Assembly: GCA_012026885.1 (NCBI GenBank)
Contig: VEPL01000001.1
Coordinates: 3,072 to 67,071, forward strand
DNA from: Betaproteobacteria bacterium
GTDB taxonomy: Bacteria > Pseudomonadota > Gammaproteobacteria > Burkholderiales > Rhodocyclaceae
DNA: 64,000 nucleotides
Direction: 5' to 3'
In this document: positions 1 to 9,367 of the stretch, piece by piece
How positions within the stretch are numbered: position 1 is the first letter of the stretch
Layout: every line of letters begins with the position of its first letter
Made by a program: the position numbers and the translations under genes
The notes under the pieces: model-generated
Told to the model about the DNA's origin: nothing
Seen by the model: only the letters and a program-made list of their open reading frames with translations
Databases searched by the model: none

Positions 1-1306
1 CGTTGTTGATGCAGGCGATGATGGCGGTAAAGGCCGAGACGAAGTCGAGGCCGCTGGCGACCAGGAAGAAGGTCAGTTCACCGACGACCAGCGCGTAGAG
101 AAAGATGAAACCGAGCACGGCACCGGTAATCGAGGTGGGAATGACACTGCCGCCGATCCGGATCGGATTGACGACGCTGGGATGGATCAGTTTTTCCAGT
201 TCGCGGAAGCTCTGCTTGATCAGGATCAGCGTGCGGATCATCTTGATGCCGCCGCCGGTCGAACCCGAGGAAACCGAGGCGCAGGACAGGAAAAGCATCC
301 ACAATGGTACGAAGATCGGCCATTTGTCGTAATCGACGCTGGCAAAGCCGCAATCGGTGGCAATCGAGACGAGATTGAAGGCGACGTGACGCAATGCCTC
401 GCCGAGGTCCTCGTAGGTGTCGGTTTTCCACAGATACAGCGCGCAAACGACAATGCTCGAAGCGATCAGGCCGACGAACGCCTTTGCTTCGGCGTCGAGC
501 CAGTAGGCACGCAGGGAACGTCCGCGCCAGGCCACGAAATGGGTGGCGAAATTGATCCCCGCGATCATCATGAAGACGATCAGGATGCCTTCGATCAGCG
601 GCGAATTGAACTGCCCGACACTGGCATCGTACGTGGAGAAGCCGCCCAGCGACAGCGCCGCGAAGGCATGACAGATGGCGTCGAGCCAATTCATGCCGGC
701 CAATTTCAGTGCCCCGATACAGGCCGCCGTGAATCCGAAATAGACCAGCCAGAGCGCCTTGGCGGTGCCGGCGATGCGCGGCGTCAGCTTGGAATCCTTC
801 ATCGGGCCTGGCGTCTCGGCCTTGTAGAGCTGCATCCCGCCGACCCCGAGCAGCGGCAGGATGGCCACCGCCAGGACGATGATGCCCATGCCGCCAAGCC
901 AGTTGAGTTCGTGCCGCCACAGGTTGGCGGACGGCGGCAACGTATCCAGTCCGATCAATACGGTGGCGCCGGTCGTCGTCAGGCCCGACATGGTTTCGAA
1001 AAAGGCATCGGTAAACGACAGGCCGTCGATGATCAGCATCAGCGGCACCGTGGCGATTGCCGCCATCAGCACCCAGGCCAGCGTGACCAGGAGGAATCCG
1101 TCGCGCGGGCGCAGTTCCCGCTTGTAGCGCCGGGTCAGCACCACGATCGCCGCGCCGACGCACAGACACAGCGCCATCGCGTCGACGAAGTCCCAAGTCG
1201 TACCGTCGGCGTAGATCAGCGAGCTGGCGATCGGCATCAGATAGGTGACGCCGAAGAAGATCAGCATCATCCCCATCACGTTGAGAACGGGCAGCAGGGA
1301 ATACAT
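1..1306 (-). CDS. trkH: Trk-type potassium uptake membrane protein TrkH (3' end runs off the window)
   Basis: My translation of the minus strand from ATG (rc of 1304-1306) gives MYSLLPVLNVMGMMLIFFGVTYLMPIASSLIY... It is a polytopic membrane protein with repeated GG/TTTG-type motifs and stays open to position 1. It lies directly downstream of trkA. It is absent from the ORF track because no stop falls in the window. Confidence 0.85.
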   Translation of the reverse strand, partial: MYSLLPVLNVMGMMLIFFGVTYLMPIASSLIYADGTTWDFVDAMALCLCVGAAIVVLTRRYKRELRPRDGFLLVTLAWVLMAAIATVPLMLIIDGLSFTDAFFETMSGLTTTGATVLIGLDTLPPSANLWRHELNWLGGMGIIVLAVAILPLLGVGGMQLYKAETPGPMKDSKLTPRIAGTAKALWLVYFGFTAACIGALKLAGMNWLDAICHAFAALSLGGFSTYDASVGQFNSPLIEGILIVFMMIAGINFATHFVAWRGRSLRAYWLDAEAKAFVGLIASSIVVCALYLWKTDTYEDLGEALRHVAFNLVSIATDCGFASVDYDKWPIFVPLWMLFLSCASVSSGSTGGGIKMIRTLILIKQSFRELEKLIHPSVVNPIRIGGSVIPTSITGAVLGFIFLYALVVGELTFFLVASGLDFVSAFTAIIACINN

Positions 1307-1318
1307 GGCGGCTCCCGC

Positions 1319-2752
1319 TCAGAAGAAGCCGAAGCCGACCTGGAATAGCGCCTCGACCTTGGGCACCAGCTTCTTCGACAGGCAGAACACGATGACGTGG
1401 TCGCCATCCTCGATCACGGTGTCGCCGTGGGCGATGACGACATGACCGGCACGCCGTTCGGTGGAACCGTCGTCGCGCACAAACAATACTTCCATCTGGT
1501 CGAAGTCGCGGACCAGCGCGGCGACTGTGACGCCAGCCGGCCAGCCGATCTCGTCGATGCGCCGGCCAACCACCTGGGAGCTACGACGATCGCCGTGAGC
1601 AACGATTTCCAGCGTCTCGGCCGCCCCACGCCTCAGTGAATGAACGGCGACGACATCGCCACGACGGACGTGCGCGAGCAGGCTGCCGATCGACACCTGG
1701 GCCGGCGAAATGCCGATGTCGATCGGTCCCCCCTCGATCATCTCGGCATAGGCCCGCCGGTTGACCAGTGCGACCACCCGCTTGCAGCCCATGCGCTTGG
1801 CGAGCGAGGCTGACATGATGTTGTTCTCGTCGTCGTTGGTGAGCGCCAGGAACAGGTCCATTTCGTGGATGTTCTCCTGGTCGAGCAATTCCTCGTCCGT
1901 GCTGTCGCCGCACAGTACCAAGGCCTTGTTCAATCGGCTCGAAGCGAGTTCGGCGCGCTCCTGGCGAAATTCGACGAGCTTCACCTCGTAGTGCTTTTCC
2001 AGTGCCGCCGCAACCCGGAGGCCGATATTTCCCGCCCCGCCAATCATGATGCGGCGGACCGGATTCATCATGCGCCGCAATTCGCGCAGCACCTGCCGGA
2101 TGTTTTCGGTCGCGGCAAGGACGAAGACTTCGTCGCCGGCCCGGATCAGCGTGTCGCCCTCGGGCGCCACCGCCTGCTCGTCACGAAAGATGGCGGCAAT
2201 CCGGGCATCGGTGCCGCCAGGCAGATGCGCACGCATCTCGCGAATCGGCTTGTCGACCAGCAACCCCCCCTCGTAGGCGCGGACGCCGACCAGGCAAACC
2301 CGGCCGCCGGCGAATTGCAGGACCTGCAACGCTTCCGGAAACTCGATGAGGCGCCCGATATATTCGGAAATCTCCTTTTCCGGGCAGATTGCGCAGTCGA
2401 CGGCAAATATGTCCGGCGCGAGGAGAGCCGGATCGTCCAGGAAGTCCTGCGAGCGCAATCGTGCAATGCGCCGTGGCACATTGAACACCGAGTGCGCCAG
2501 CTTGCACGCGACGAGGTTGATCTGATCGCTCGGCGTCACGGCGATCACCAGGTCGGCATCCTCGGCACCCGCATCGCGCAGGACTGACGGTATGGCACCG
2601 TTGCCGACCACGGTGCGCAGGTCCAGGCGATCCTGCAGTTGGGCGAGACGGGAGCCGTCGCTGTCGATCACGGTGATGTCGTTCTCTTCCGACACCAGGC
2701 CTTCGGCCACGCTGGAACCGACCTGGCCAGCCCCCAGAATGATGACCTTCAT
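1319..2752 (-). CDS. trkA: Trk system potassium uptake protein TrkA (tandem NAD-binding RCK domains)
   Basis: 477-aa ORF starting MKVIILGAGQVGSSVAEGL (GxGxxG), with a second Rossmann motif IMIGGAGNIGLRVA. Sits next to trkH. Confidence 0.93.
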   Translation of the reverse strand: MKVIILGAGQVGSSVAEGLVSEENDITVIDSDGSRLAQLQDRLDLRTVVGNGAIPSVLRDAGAEDADLVIAVTPSDQINLVACKLAHSVFNVPRRIARLRSQDFLDDPALLAPDIFAVDCAICPEKEISEYIGRLIEFPEALQVLQFAGGRVCLVGVRAYEGGLLVDKPIREMRAHLPGGTDARIAAIFRDEQAVAPEGDTLIRAGDEVFVLAATENIRQVLRELRRMMNPVRRIMIGGAGNIGLRVAAALEKHYEVKLVEFRQERAELASSRLNKALVLCGDSTDEELLDQENIHEMDLFLALTNDDENNIMSASLAKRMGCKRVVALVNRRAYAEMIEGGPIDIGISPAQVSIGSLLAHVRRGDVVAVHSLRRGAAETLEIVAHGDRRSSQVVGRRIDEIGWPAGVTVAALVRDFDQMEVLFVRDDGSTERRAGHVVIAHGDTVIEDGDHVIVFCLSKKLVPKVEALFQVGFGFF

Positions 2753-2780
2753 CCTCCCTCCCCATCGTTTTCTTTTTCGC

Positions 2781-4046
2781 CTACTCCTCGTGGCGCTTGC
2801 CGAGCCGGACGTCGAGCTGCTTCAGCTTGCGGTAGAGATGCGTCCGCTCGAGGCCGGAGCGCTCGGCGAGCTTCGTCATGTTACCCCCCTCGAGGCGCAG
2901 GTGGTGCTCGAAATACAGCTTCTCGAAGGCATCGCGCGCCTCGCGCAGCGGCTGGTCGAAGAGCGGCGCCAGCGCCGGCATGCCGTGGAACTCGGCCGCT
3001 TCCGGCGGCATCACGCGCTGCACGTCGTCAGCCGCAATCTCCTCCTCGAGGGAGGTCAGCGCCAGGTTGCGCACCAGTGCGTACAGCTCGCCCCAGTTCG
3101 CCTCGCCGTTGGCCTGCCAAGGCAGCAGGCGCAGGGCGTTGAGGGCGCCGGTCGAGAAGCGCCGGGGCGGCACCTCGCCGCGTTCGACGAAATTGGTCAG
3201 CAGCAGGCTGGCGATCTCGGGAAGCTCGTCGGCATGCCCGGCGAGCGCCGGCATGGCGATCCACACCTCGCCGAGGCGGGCGATCAGCTTGGCGTCCCAG
3301 CCCGCCTCGGCGAACGCCGCCAGCGGTGTCGAACTGGCGGCGAAGATCCTGAAATTGAGCTTTTCCAGGCGGTCAACCGCGAACGCGAGGTTCATTTGCT
3401 GCATCTTTCCGAGTGCACCGAGGTCAGGAACGAAGATCATGCCTCCCGCGAGCTTTTCCAGGGTTTCCTGGGTCAGCGGGCTGGTCACCGTATTGAGGTC
3501 CAGCCACGGCGCCCGCGGCGGATTGAGCGTGCGTGCACAAATCTCGGCGAGCGGCCCCGTCGCTCCCTTGAGCAGCAGCAGCGACGTCTTGGCGGATGTC
3601 TGCTCGAGCCGGCGGCGGAATTCGCGGACCAGGGGCGAGCGCGCAAAGGCTTCCAGGGTCAGCGGCGGGCGCGCCGGATGGGCTTCGTGCTTGAGCGCCT
3701 TCTGCACAGTCGACAGCAGCTTCTGCAGCGCGATCGGTTTCTCGAGGAAGTCGAAGGCGCCGAAGCGGGTCGCCTCGACGGCGGTATCGATGGTCCCGTG
3801 GCCGGACATCATGACCACCGGCATGGTCAGATGGCCGCCGGCATGCCACTCCTTGAGCAGCGAAATGCCGTCGGTATCGGGCATCCAGATATCGAGCAGG
3901 ACCAGGTCGGGACGCAGATCGCTGCGGATACGGCGGGCGGCGCCGGCGTGCTCGGCGAGACGGACGTCGTAACCCTCGTCGATGAGGATCTCCGAGAGCA
4001 ACTCGCGGATACCGACCTCGTCGTCTACGACCAGAATGATTGCCAT
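2781..4046 (-). CDS. NtrC/NtrX-family response regulator (REC, degenerate AAA+ domain, C-terminal Fis-type HTH)
   Basis: I place the start at internal MAIILVVDDEVGIRELL (cat 4044-4046), which overlaps the kinase stop by ATGA-type coupling. REC motifs are present (DD...D...K). The central domain reads LLLLKGATGPLAE where Walker A GxxGxGKE is expected, and I saw no GAFTGA. The C-terminal HTH reads GNMTKLAERSGLERTHLYRKLKQL. Confidence 0.8.
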   Translation of the reverse strand: MAIILVVDDEVGIRELLSEILIDEGYDVRLAEHAGAARRIRSDLRPDLVLLDIWMPDTDGISLLKEWHAGGHLTMPVVMMSGHGTIDTAVEATRFGAFDFLEKPIALQKLLSTVQKALKHEAHPARPPLTLEAFARSPLVREFRRRLEQTSAKTSLLLLKGATGPLAEICARTLNPPRAPWLDLNTVTSPLTQETLEKLAGGMIFVPDLGALGKMQQMNLAFAVDRLEKLNFRIFAASSTPLAAFAEAGWDAKLIARLGEVWIAMPALAGHADELPEIASLLLTNFVERGEVPPRRFSTGALNALRLLPWQANGEANWGELYALVRNLALTSLEEEIAADDVQRVMPPEAAEFHGMPALAPLFDQPLREARDAFEKLYFEHHLRLEGGNMTKLAERSGLERTHLYRKLKQLDVRLGKRHEE

Positions 4047-4047
4047 G

Positions 4048-6180
4048 TCAGACTTCCTCCTTCTTCGCCAGGGGCAGGCGGATGTCGATCCGCGCGCCGC
4101 CCTCCGGCGCATTGCTGATATCGATGCTGCCCCGGTGCTCATCGACGATCTTGCGCACGATGGGCAACCCGAGGCCCGTGCCGCGGGCCTTGGTGGTCAC
4201 GTAGGGTTCGAAGATGCGCGGCAGCAGTTCGACCGGGAATCCCGGGCCATTGTCGGTGATGAGCAGTTGGGCGCGGTCGCCTTCCACGGCGGTGGCGATG
4301 CGGATGCAGGCATCGCTGCGTCCCTCGAGGGCATCCTCGGCGTTGCGCAACAGGTTATGGATGATCTGGCGCAACTGCGTCGGGTCGCCGATCACCGGCG
4401 GCAGTCCGTCCGCCAGCGCGCTGTCGATCGTCGCCGACGAACTCTCGTACAGGCCAAGCACCTCGCCGACCAGCCCGTTGAGGTCGAGCGGCGCCAGCTC
4501 GGGTGCCGGCAGGCGCGCGTAGTCGCGGAAATCGTCGACCATGCGCTTCATCGCCTGCACCTGGTTGATGATGGTCTGCGTCCCGCGCGCGAGCATTTCC
4601 GCGTCCTGTTCGGCAAGGCGGCCGCCGAGCTTGTGCTGCAGCCGCTCGGCGGACAGCTGGATCGGGGTCAGCGGATTCTTGATCTCGTGCGCCAGGCGGC
4701 GCGCCACCTCACCCCACGCCGCGCTGCGTTGCGCGGCCACGATGCGGGTGACGTCGTCGAAGACGACGACATTGCCACCGCCGCTGCCCTCGGGCAGATG
4801 CGAGCCGCGCAGCAGCAGGATCTGCGGCATGCCATTGGGCCGCTCGCGTTCGAACTGTGACTGCCACTCACCATCCTTTGCCTCGGCCATGCGGTCGCGG
4901 ACGAACTCGGCGAAGGCTTGCTGGCGGGGCCACAGGGACAGGCGCTCGCCGATCAGCCCGGTGAACTCGTCGTCGAGAATCGCCAGCGCCCCCTCGTTGA
5001 CCGTGCGCAGCACGCCCTGCCGGTCGAGGACAAGCACCCCGGCGGACAGATTGGCGAGGATGGACTCGAGATAGCCGCGTGCGGCCTCCAGTTCAGCCCG
5101 GTGCCGCTCGGCTTCGCGACGGGCATCGTCAAGCTGGCGCGTCATGCGATTGAACGACTGGGTGAGGATGCCGAGCTCGTCGCGACTGTAAACCGCCTGG
5201 CGCGGCGAGAAATCGCCCTGCGCCACCGCCTGCGTTCCCTCGGCGAGGATCGACAGCGGTGCCGACAGGCGACGCGCCATGATGAAAGCCAGCACGAAGG
5301 CGGCGAACAGCGCCACGAGGACCGTCAGCGTCAGCGTCAGCGCGTAGATGCGGTTGAGGCCGGCGCGCGCCAGCTGAAGCTCCTGGTAATCGCGATAGAC
5401 CTCCTGAACGGACTCGGCGTCCTGCGCCAGCTGAGCCGGCACGGACTGGATCACCTGCAGGATGCGCGGCTCCTCGAACACTGTGCGCGCCGGCACCGGA
5501 ACCAGGACGCGCAGGTTCAGCCGCCTGCCCTCGCCGCCGACGGAAGCGACCGAGCGCGTGCTGCGCGCTTCCTTCAGCTGCGCCTGGGTCGGCAGTTCGG
5601 GAAGGCCGCCGCCAATGTCGGCACTGGCAGTCGTCAGCAGCTGGCCGCCCACCGAGAACAGCGCTGCCGACTGCACACCCTGCTGCTCGCGCAGCCGCAG
5701 CAGCGCTGAACGGCGCCCCGACTCGCGCAGGTCCGACAGTTCGGCGGCCATGCCCTGCGCCTTGTCGACGAGATCGGCAAGCAGGGAATCAAGCGCCGAA
5801 CGGCCGAGGTGGAGGCCGGATTCGAGCGCCTTCTCGACACGCACGTCGAACCAGCTCTCGATCGAGCGCGTGACGAACTGCACCGAGACGCCATAGACCA
5901 GCATCCCGGGCAATACGGCGATGACGCCGAACATCAGCATCAGGCGCAACTTGAGGCGGGCACCGAAGACCTGCGCGCGATAGTCGCGCCAGAGCTGGCG
6001 CAGCTGCCAGCCAACGAGACCGAGCATGGCCAGCGCCAGAACGGCGTTGAGGCCGATCAGCAACGGGTAATGGCGCGTGAATATGGTGGCGTCGGCGGTG
6101 GTCGACATCAGCAACAGGAACCAGACGATGGCCCCGAGCGTCGCGGCGACGGCCCCGCCGGCTGCGACGAACCGCCTCAT
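4048..6180 (-). CDS. NtrY-like sensor histidine kinase (TM, HAMP, PAS, HisKA, HATPase)
   Basis: 710-aa ORF with N-terminal TM helices. H-box is RLAHEIKNPLTPIQLSAERL, N-box QIIHNLLRNAEDAL, G-boxes DNGPGF and GTGLGL. Confidence 0.88.
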   Translation of the reverse strand: MRRFVAAGGAVAATLGAIVWFLLLMSTTADATIFTRHYPLLIGLNAVLALAMLGLVGWQLRQLWRDYRAQVFGARLKLRLMLMFGVIAVLPGMLVYGVSVQFVTRSIESWFDVRVEKALESGLHLGRSALDSLLADLVDKAQGMAAELSDLRESGRRSALLRLREQQGVQSAALFSVGGQLLTTASADIGGGLPELPTQAQLKEARSTRSVASVGGEGRRLNLRVLVPVPARTVFEEPRILQVIQSVPAQLAQDAESVQEVYRDYQELQLARAGLNRIYALTLTLTVLVALFAAFVLAFIMARRLSAPLSILAEGTQAVAQGDFSPRQAVYSRDELGILTQSFNRMTRQLDDARREAERHRAELEAARGYLESILANLSAGVLVLDRQGVLRTVNEGALAILDDEFTGLIGERLSLWPRQQAFAEFVRDRMAEAKDGEWQSQFERERPNGMPQILLLRGSHLPEGSGGGNVVVFDDVTRIVAAQRSAAWGEVARRLAHEIKNPLTPIQLSAERLQHKLGGRLAEQDAEMLARGTQTIINQVQAMKRMVDDFRDYARLPAPELAPLDLNGLVGEVLGLYESSSATIDSALADGLPPVIGDPTQLRQIIHNLLRNAEDALEGRSDACIRIATAVEGDRAQLLITDNGPGFPVELLPRIFEPYVTTKARGTGLGLPIVRKIVDEHRGSIDISNAPEGGARIDIRLPLAKKEEV

Positions 6181-6743
6181 CGGGCCTCCGCCGGCAGGGT
6201 CGCCGTCCAGGCCTTCCAGTCGGAGGCGAGGTTCCAGTCCCGGTTGCCGAGGGCAGCAATCTGGAAGGGACGCGGCAACTGCTGCAGGTCGAGACGCATG
6301 CGCAGGGCCGCCGCGTAGGGCTCGCCGGTTCGCGCGTCGCTCCCTTTTTCCACCACGACCCAGTTGCGCAGGCGGGAAACCACGCGCAGCGCTTCCGAAA
6401 GCGAATCGTAGGACTGGTGCAGGGCACCGGTGGACAACCGGTACTGGCGGGTCAGTGCATGATACGAGAGACGGTAGGTACGGGTCTGGCTGGCGATCTT
6501 CTCGTCGAGCCAGTACCAGCGCGGCCGCGTCAGTTCGAACTCGACGACGAAATGCAGCACGACGCCACGATTGACCGCCTCCTCGAGGCGCTGGTTGAGA
6601 TCGAAGGCAAAATCGGCCGACAAGACCCAGCCCTCCTCGCCCGCTGCCAGCTGCGGATTGACGATCTCGATCTCGGCCGCCCAGGCGAACCCGCTCAACG
6701 CCAGCGCGAGCACCGCCAGCCAGCGGCGCAGCGGCTCAAGCAC
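6177..6743 (-). CDS. DUF4390-like periplasmic protein (conserved partner between rsmB and the kinase)
   Basis: Only the C-terminal ~188 aa of the 309-aa ORF look like real protein: signal-like LAVLALALSGFAWAAEIEIVNPQL, then LHFVVEFELTRPRWYW. Putative GTG start (rc 6741-6743) overlaps the rsmB stop. The stop overlaps the kinase ATG (ATGA). Confidence 0.6.
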   Translation of the reverse strand: MLEPLRRWLAVLALALSGFAWAAEIEIVNPQLAAGEEGWVLSADFAFDLNQRLEEAVNRGVVLHFVVEFELTRPRWYWLDEKIASQTRTYRLSYHALTRQYRLSTGALHQSYDSLSEALRVVSRLRNWVVVEKGSDARTGEPYAAALRMRLDLQQLPRPFQIAALGNRDWNLASDWKAWTATLPAEAR

Positions 6744-7995
6744 GCTTTTCGAGCAGGCAGTAGTAGAAGCCATCGTGTTCGGCATCCGGCAGCAACTGTT
6801 CCTCGTGGCATCGGCTGGCAAGCGGTTGTCGGCCGAGAAATTCCGCGATCTGGCCGGCATTTTCCGGCTGAAACACGGAGCAGGTCGCATAGAGCAGTTT
6901 ACCGCCCGGCCGCACGACCTGCCACAGCGCATCGAGAATACCCGCCTGGGTCGCCGCGAAGCTCGCCACATCCGCTTCCCGGCGCAGCCACTTGGCGTCG
7001 GGATGGCGACGGACGACACCACTGGCGGTACACGGCACGTCGGCGAGCACGGCATCGAACGGGCGCCCGTCCCACCACGACGGCAGGTCGGCGCAATCGG
7101 CGGCACGGATGGTTGCGGTCAACCCGAGGCGGGCGAGGTTTTCGCTGATCCGCCGGCAGCGGACCGGCTTCAGGTCGAGGGCGAGCAGGTCGAGGTCAGC
7201 GCATTCGAGCAGGTGGGCGGCCTTGCCCCCGGGTGCCGCACAGGCATCGAGCACGCGGCTGCCGGCCGCCGGCGCAAGTATGGCGGCGGCGCGCTGGGCG
7301 CCCGGGTCCTGCACCGAGACCAGGCCGTCGGCGAAGCCCGGCAAGTGGTCGACGGGTACCGGCCGCGTCAGCGCCAAGGCATGTTCGCCGACTGCCCGGG
7401 TGTCAATTCCCGCTTCCGCAAGGCGCGCGGCATAGGCGTCACGCCCGCTGCGGCGGCGATTGACGCGCAGGCCCATCGGCGGCGGTCCGTTGCCCGCTGC
7501 CACGACACGCTGCCATTGCTGCGGCCAGGCCTCCTGCAGCATCTGCAGCCACCAGGCGGGATGCTGCGCCGTCGACGCCGCGTCACCGGCCAGCGCGGCG
7601 ACGAGTTCGGCGCGACGGCGCAGGAAATTACGCAGGACGCCATTGACGACCCCGGTGAAGCGCCCCTCCGCAGCGACAGAGGCTGCCGCAACCGCCTGAT
7701 CGACGGTGGTGTGGACATGCTCGGGTCTGGCTTCGAGGCGGGCGAGCGCCACCAGCAGGAGCGCGTGCGCCTCGGGTGCGGGCAAGGGCCGCTGCAGGAG
7801 GCGCGCAAGGAAGAAATCGTCGCGGCCATAACGGCGCAGGGTGCTATAGACCAGATCCTGTACCGCCGGACGCGCCGCCGCCGGAACACGGTCGAGCAGG
7901 CCGTCAGCAAGGCTACGCCCCGCCGCGACGGCCGCGACGACGCGCGCCGCGTGCAGCAGCGCCGCGGCCAGCGAGGAAGTCGGCAGGCGGGACAT
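6736..7995 (-). CDS. rsmB: 16S rRNA (cytosine967-C5)-methyltransferase RsmB/Sun
   Basis: 419-aa ORF with an N-terminal NusB-like region and a C-terminal SAM methyltransferase domain (DACAAPGGKAAHL, DVPCTASGVVRRHPD, ATCS). It sits in the conserved fmt/def neighbourhood (def-fmt then rsmB on the minus strand), here interrupted by two plus-strand genes (8030-9367). Confidence 0.9.
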   Translation of the reverse strand: MSRLPTSSLAAALLHAARVVAAVAAGRSLADGLLDRVPAAARPAVQDLVYSTLRRYGRDDFFLARLLQRPLPAPEAHALLLVALARLEARPEHVHTTVDQAVAAASVAAEGRFTGVVNGVLRNFLRRRAELVAALAGDAASTAQHPAWWLQMLQEAWPQQWQRVVAAGNGPPPMGLRVNRRRSGRDAYAARLAEAGIDTRAVGEHALALTRPVPVDHLPGFADGLVSVQDPGAQRAAAILAPAAGSRVLDACAAPGGKAAHLLECADLDLLALDLKPVRCRRISENLARLGLTATIRAADCADLPSWWDGRPFDAVLADVPCTASGVVRRHPDAKWLRREADVASFAATQAGILDALWQVVRPGGKLLYATCSVFQPENAGQIAEFLGRQPLASRCHEEQLLPDAEHDGFYYCLLEKRA

Positions 7996-8029
7996 GGGCC
8001 GCGATTATCGCACGCGGCATAATGGCCGG

Positions 8030-8965
8030 ATGCTCCGTTTCGCCCTGCTGATCCTGCTCGCCGCAACCTGTGGCCCGGCCGCCGCCTGGAATGCCGCCGG
8101 CCACCGTCTCGCCGCGTGGATCGCCTGGCAGCAGCTCGACGAGCCGGCACGGCAAAAAGCCGCCGAAATCCTCGCCACCCACCCCGACCACGCCCGCTGG
8201 AGCGCGCGCGGCCGCGCCGACGACGCGGCGGCAATTTTCGCCGAGGCCGCGACCTGGCCGGACGATATCCGCGGCGACCCCCGGTTCGAGGACGACCGCG
8301 GCACGCTGGCCGGCGCACCGCTGCCCGGTTTTCCGGACCGCAAGCGCCACGCCAGCTGGCACTACGTCGACCTCGATGCGCAGGGACGCGTCCGCGCCGG
8401 CGAGATCGATATCCGCATCCCGGAACTGGCGGACGCGATCCGCCGCGCTGCAACGCCGGCAGCGGCGGCTTACGCCCTGCCCTGGCTCCTGCATCTGGTC
8501 GCCGACATCCACCAGCCCCTGCATGTCGGGCGCTTCGGCGACGAGGGCGGCAACGCGGTCACGGTCGAGAATCCGTTCAACCCGCGCCAGCCCTTCCCCA
8601 CCCTGCACACCTACTGGGACGACCTCCCGGGTCCGCCCTGGCTGCGCGGACGCCGCCTCGAGGCCGCCGGCAAGGACCTGCTTTCCCGCTACCCGCCGCC
8701 GGTACGCGGCGACGTCGCCGCGTGGCGGACGGAAAGCCATGCCTTGCTCGCCTCCGCCTATCCGCAGGAACTAGGCAGCCTGCTGCCCATCATCGGCGAA
8801 CATTTCCACGAACGGGCGCTGGACATCGCCCGGCGCCGCGTCGCCGCGGCCGGCCATCGCCTCGGCTGGCTGCTGGCCGATTTGCTCGCCCCCGGCGTTC
8901 CACGTGAAACGCGGGATGGGGGTGCGGCGACGGGCAAGGCGCCTTCCGGCGCCAAATCACCCTAG
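8030..8965 (+). CDS. Secreted S1/P1-family zinc nuclease
   Basis: Start taken at MLRFALLILLAATCGPAAA (signal peptide). The mature N-terminus WNAAGH is typical of S1/P1 nucleases. Metal-ligand motifs seen: WHYVD and LHLVADIHQPLH. Confidence 0.75.
   Translation: MLRFALLILLAATCGPAAAWNAAGHRLAAWIAWQQLDEPARQKAAEILATHPDHARWSARGRADDAAAIFAEAATWPDDIRGDPRFEDDRGTLAGAPLPGFPDRKRHASWHYVDLDAQGRVRAGEIDIRIPELADAIRRAATPAAAAYALPWLLHLVADIHQPLHVGRFGDEGGNAVTVENPFNPRQPFPTLHTYWDDLPGPPWLRGRRLEAAGKDLLSRYPPPVRGDVAAWRTESHALLASAYPQELGSLLPIIGEHFHERALDIARRRVAAAGHRLGWLLADLLAPGVPRETRDGGAATGKAPSGAKSP
8897..8910 (+). repeat. 14-mer GTTCCACGTGAAAC, copy 1
   Basis: Exact string, 19 codons before the S1/P1 nuclease stop (encodes VPRET). 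Confidence 0.9.
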
Positions 8966-8974
8966 AATGCCGGC

Positions 8975-9367
8975 ATGAACGGACTGCACCTGATCGCCGA
9001 CCTGCACGACTGCCGCTGCGCGCCGGCCGTCCTGCTCGATGCCGCCGGGCTGGAGGCTTTCTGCAGCAGCGCCTGCGGGCGCCCCGGCCGGCCCGGCGGC
9101 GGCCGCCTTTTCCTTGCCTTCCGCGCCCCGGCCGGCGCGCCGGCCGGCATCACGGGTGCGGTCGTGCTCGCCGAGTCGCACCTCGCGGTCCATACCTGGC
9201 CCGAATGCGCCGGCGTGACCCTCGACCTCTACGTGTGCAACTACAGCGGGGACAACAGCATCCGGGCGCGGGCGCTGTTCGCCGAACTGCTGGACCATTT
9301 CGCCGCCGCCCGGGTCGAGCGCCACGCGGTCGCGCGCGGCACGCCGCGCCCGGTTCAGGCCGCCTGA
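8975..9367 (+). CDS. Small pyruvoyl-type S-adenosylmethionine decarboxylase-like proenzyme (SpeH-like)
   Basis: 130-aa ORF carrying [15 protein letters not shown], the self-processing ES/H..HTWPE signature of class-1 AdoMetDC. Its 3' end overlaps the convergent fmt stop by 13 nt. Confidence 0.65.
   Translation: MNGLHLIADLHDCRCAPAVLLDAAGLEAFCSSACGRPGRPGGGRLFLAFRAPAGAPAGITGAVVLAESHLAVHTWPECAGVTLDLYVCNYSGDNSIRARALFAELLDHFAAARVERHAVARGTPRPVQAA

Noticed and set aside
78-1348. ORF-track entries 78..1196 (-) and 182..1348 (+), 372 and 388 aa
   Set aside because: Both translations are Arg/Gly/Asp-rich and low-complexity, as is typical of wrong frames in high-GC DNA. A different minus-strand frame gives a clean TrkH membrane protein starting at 1306.
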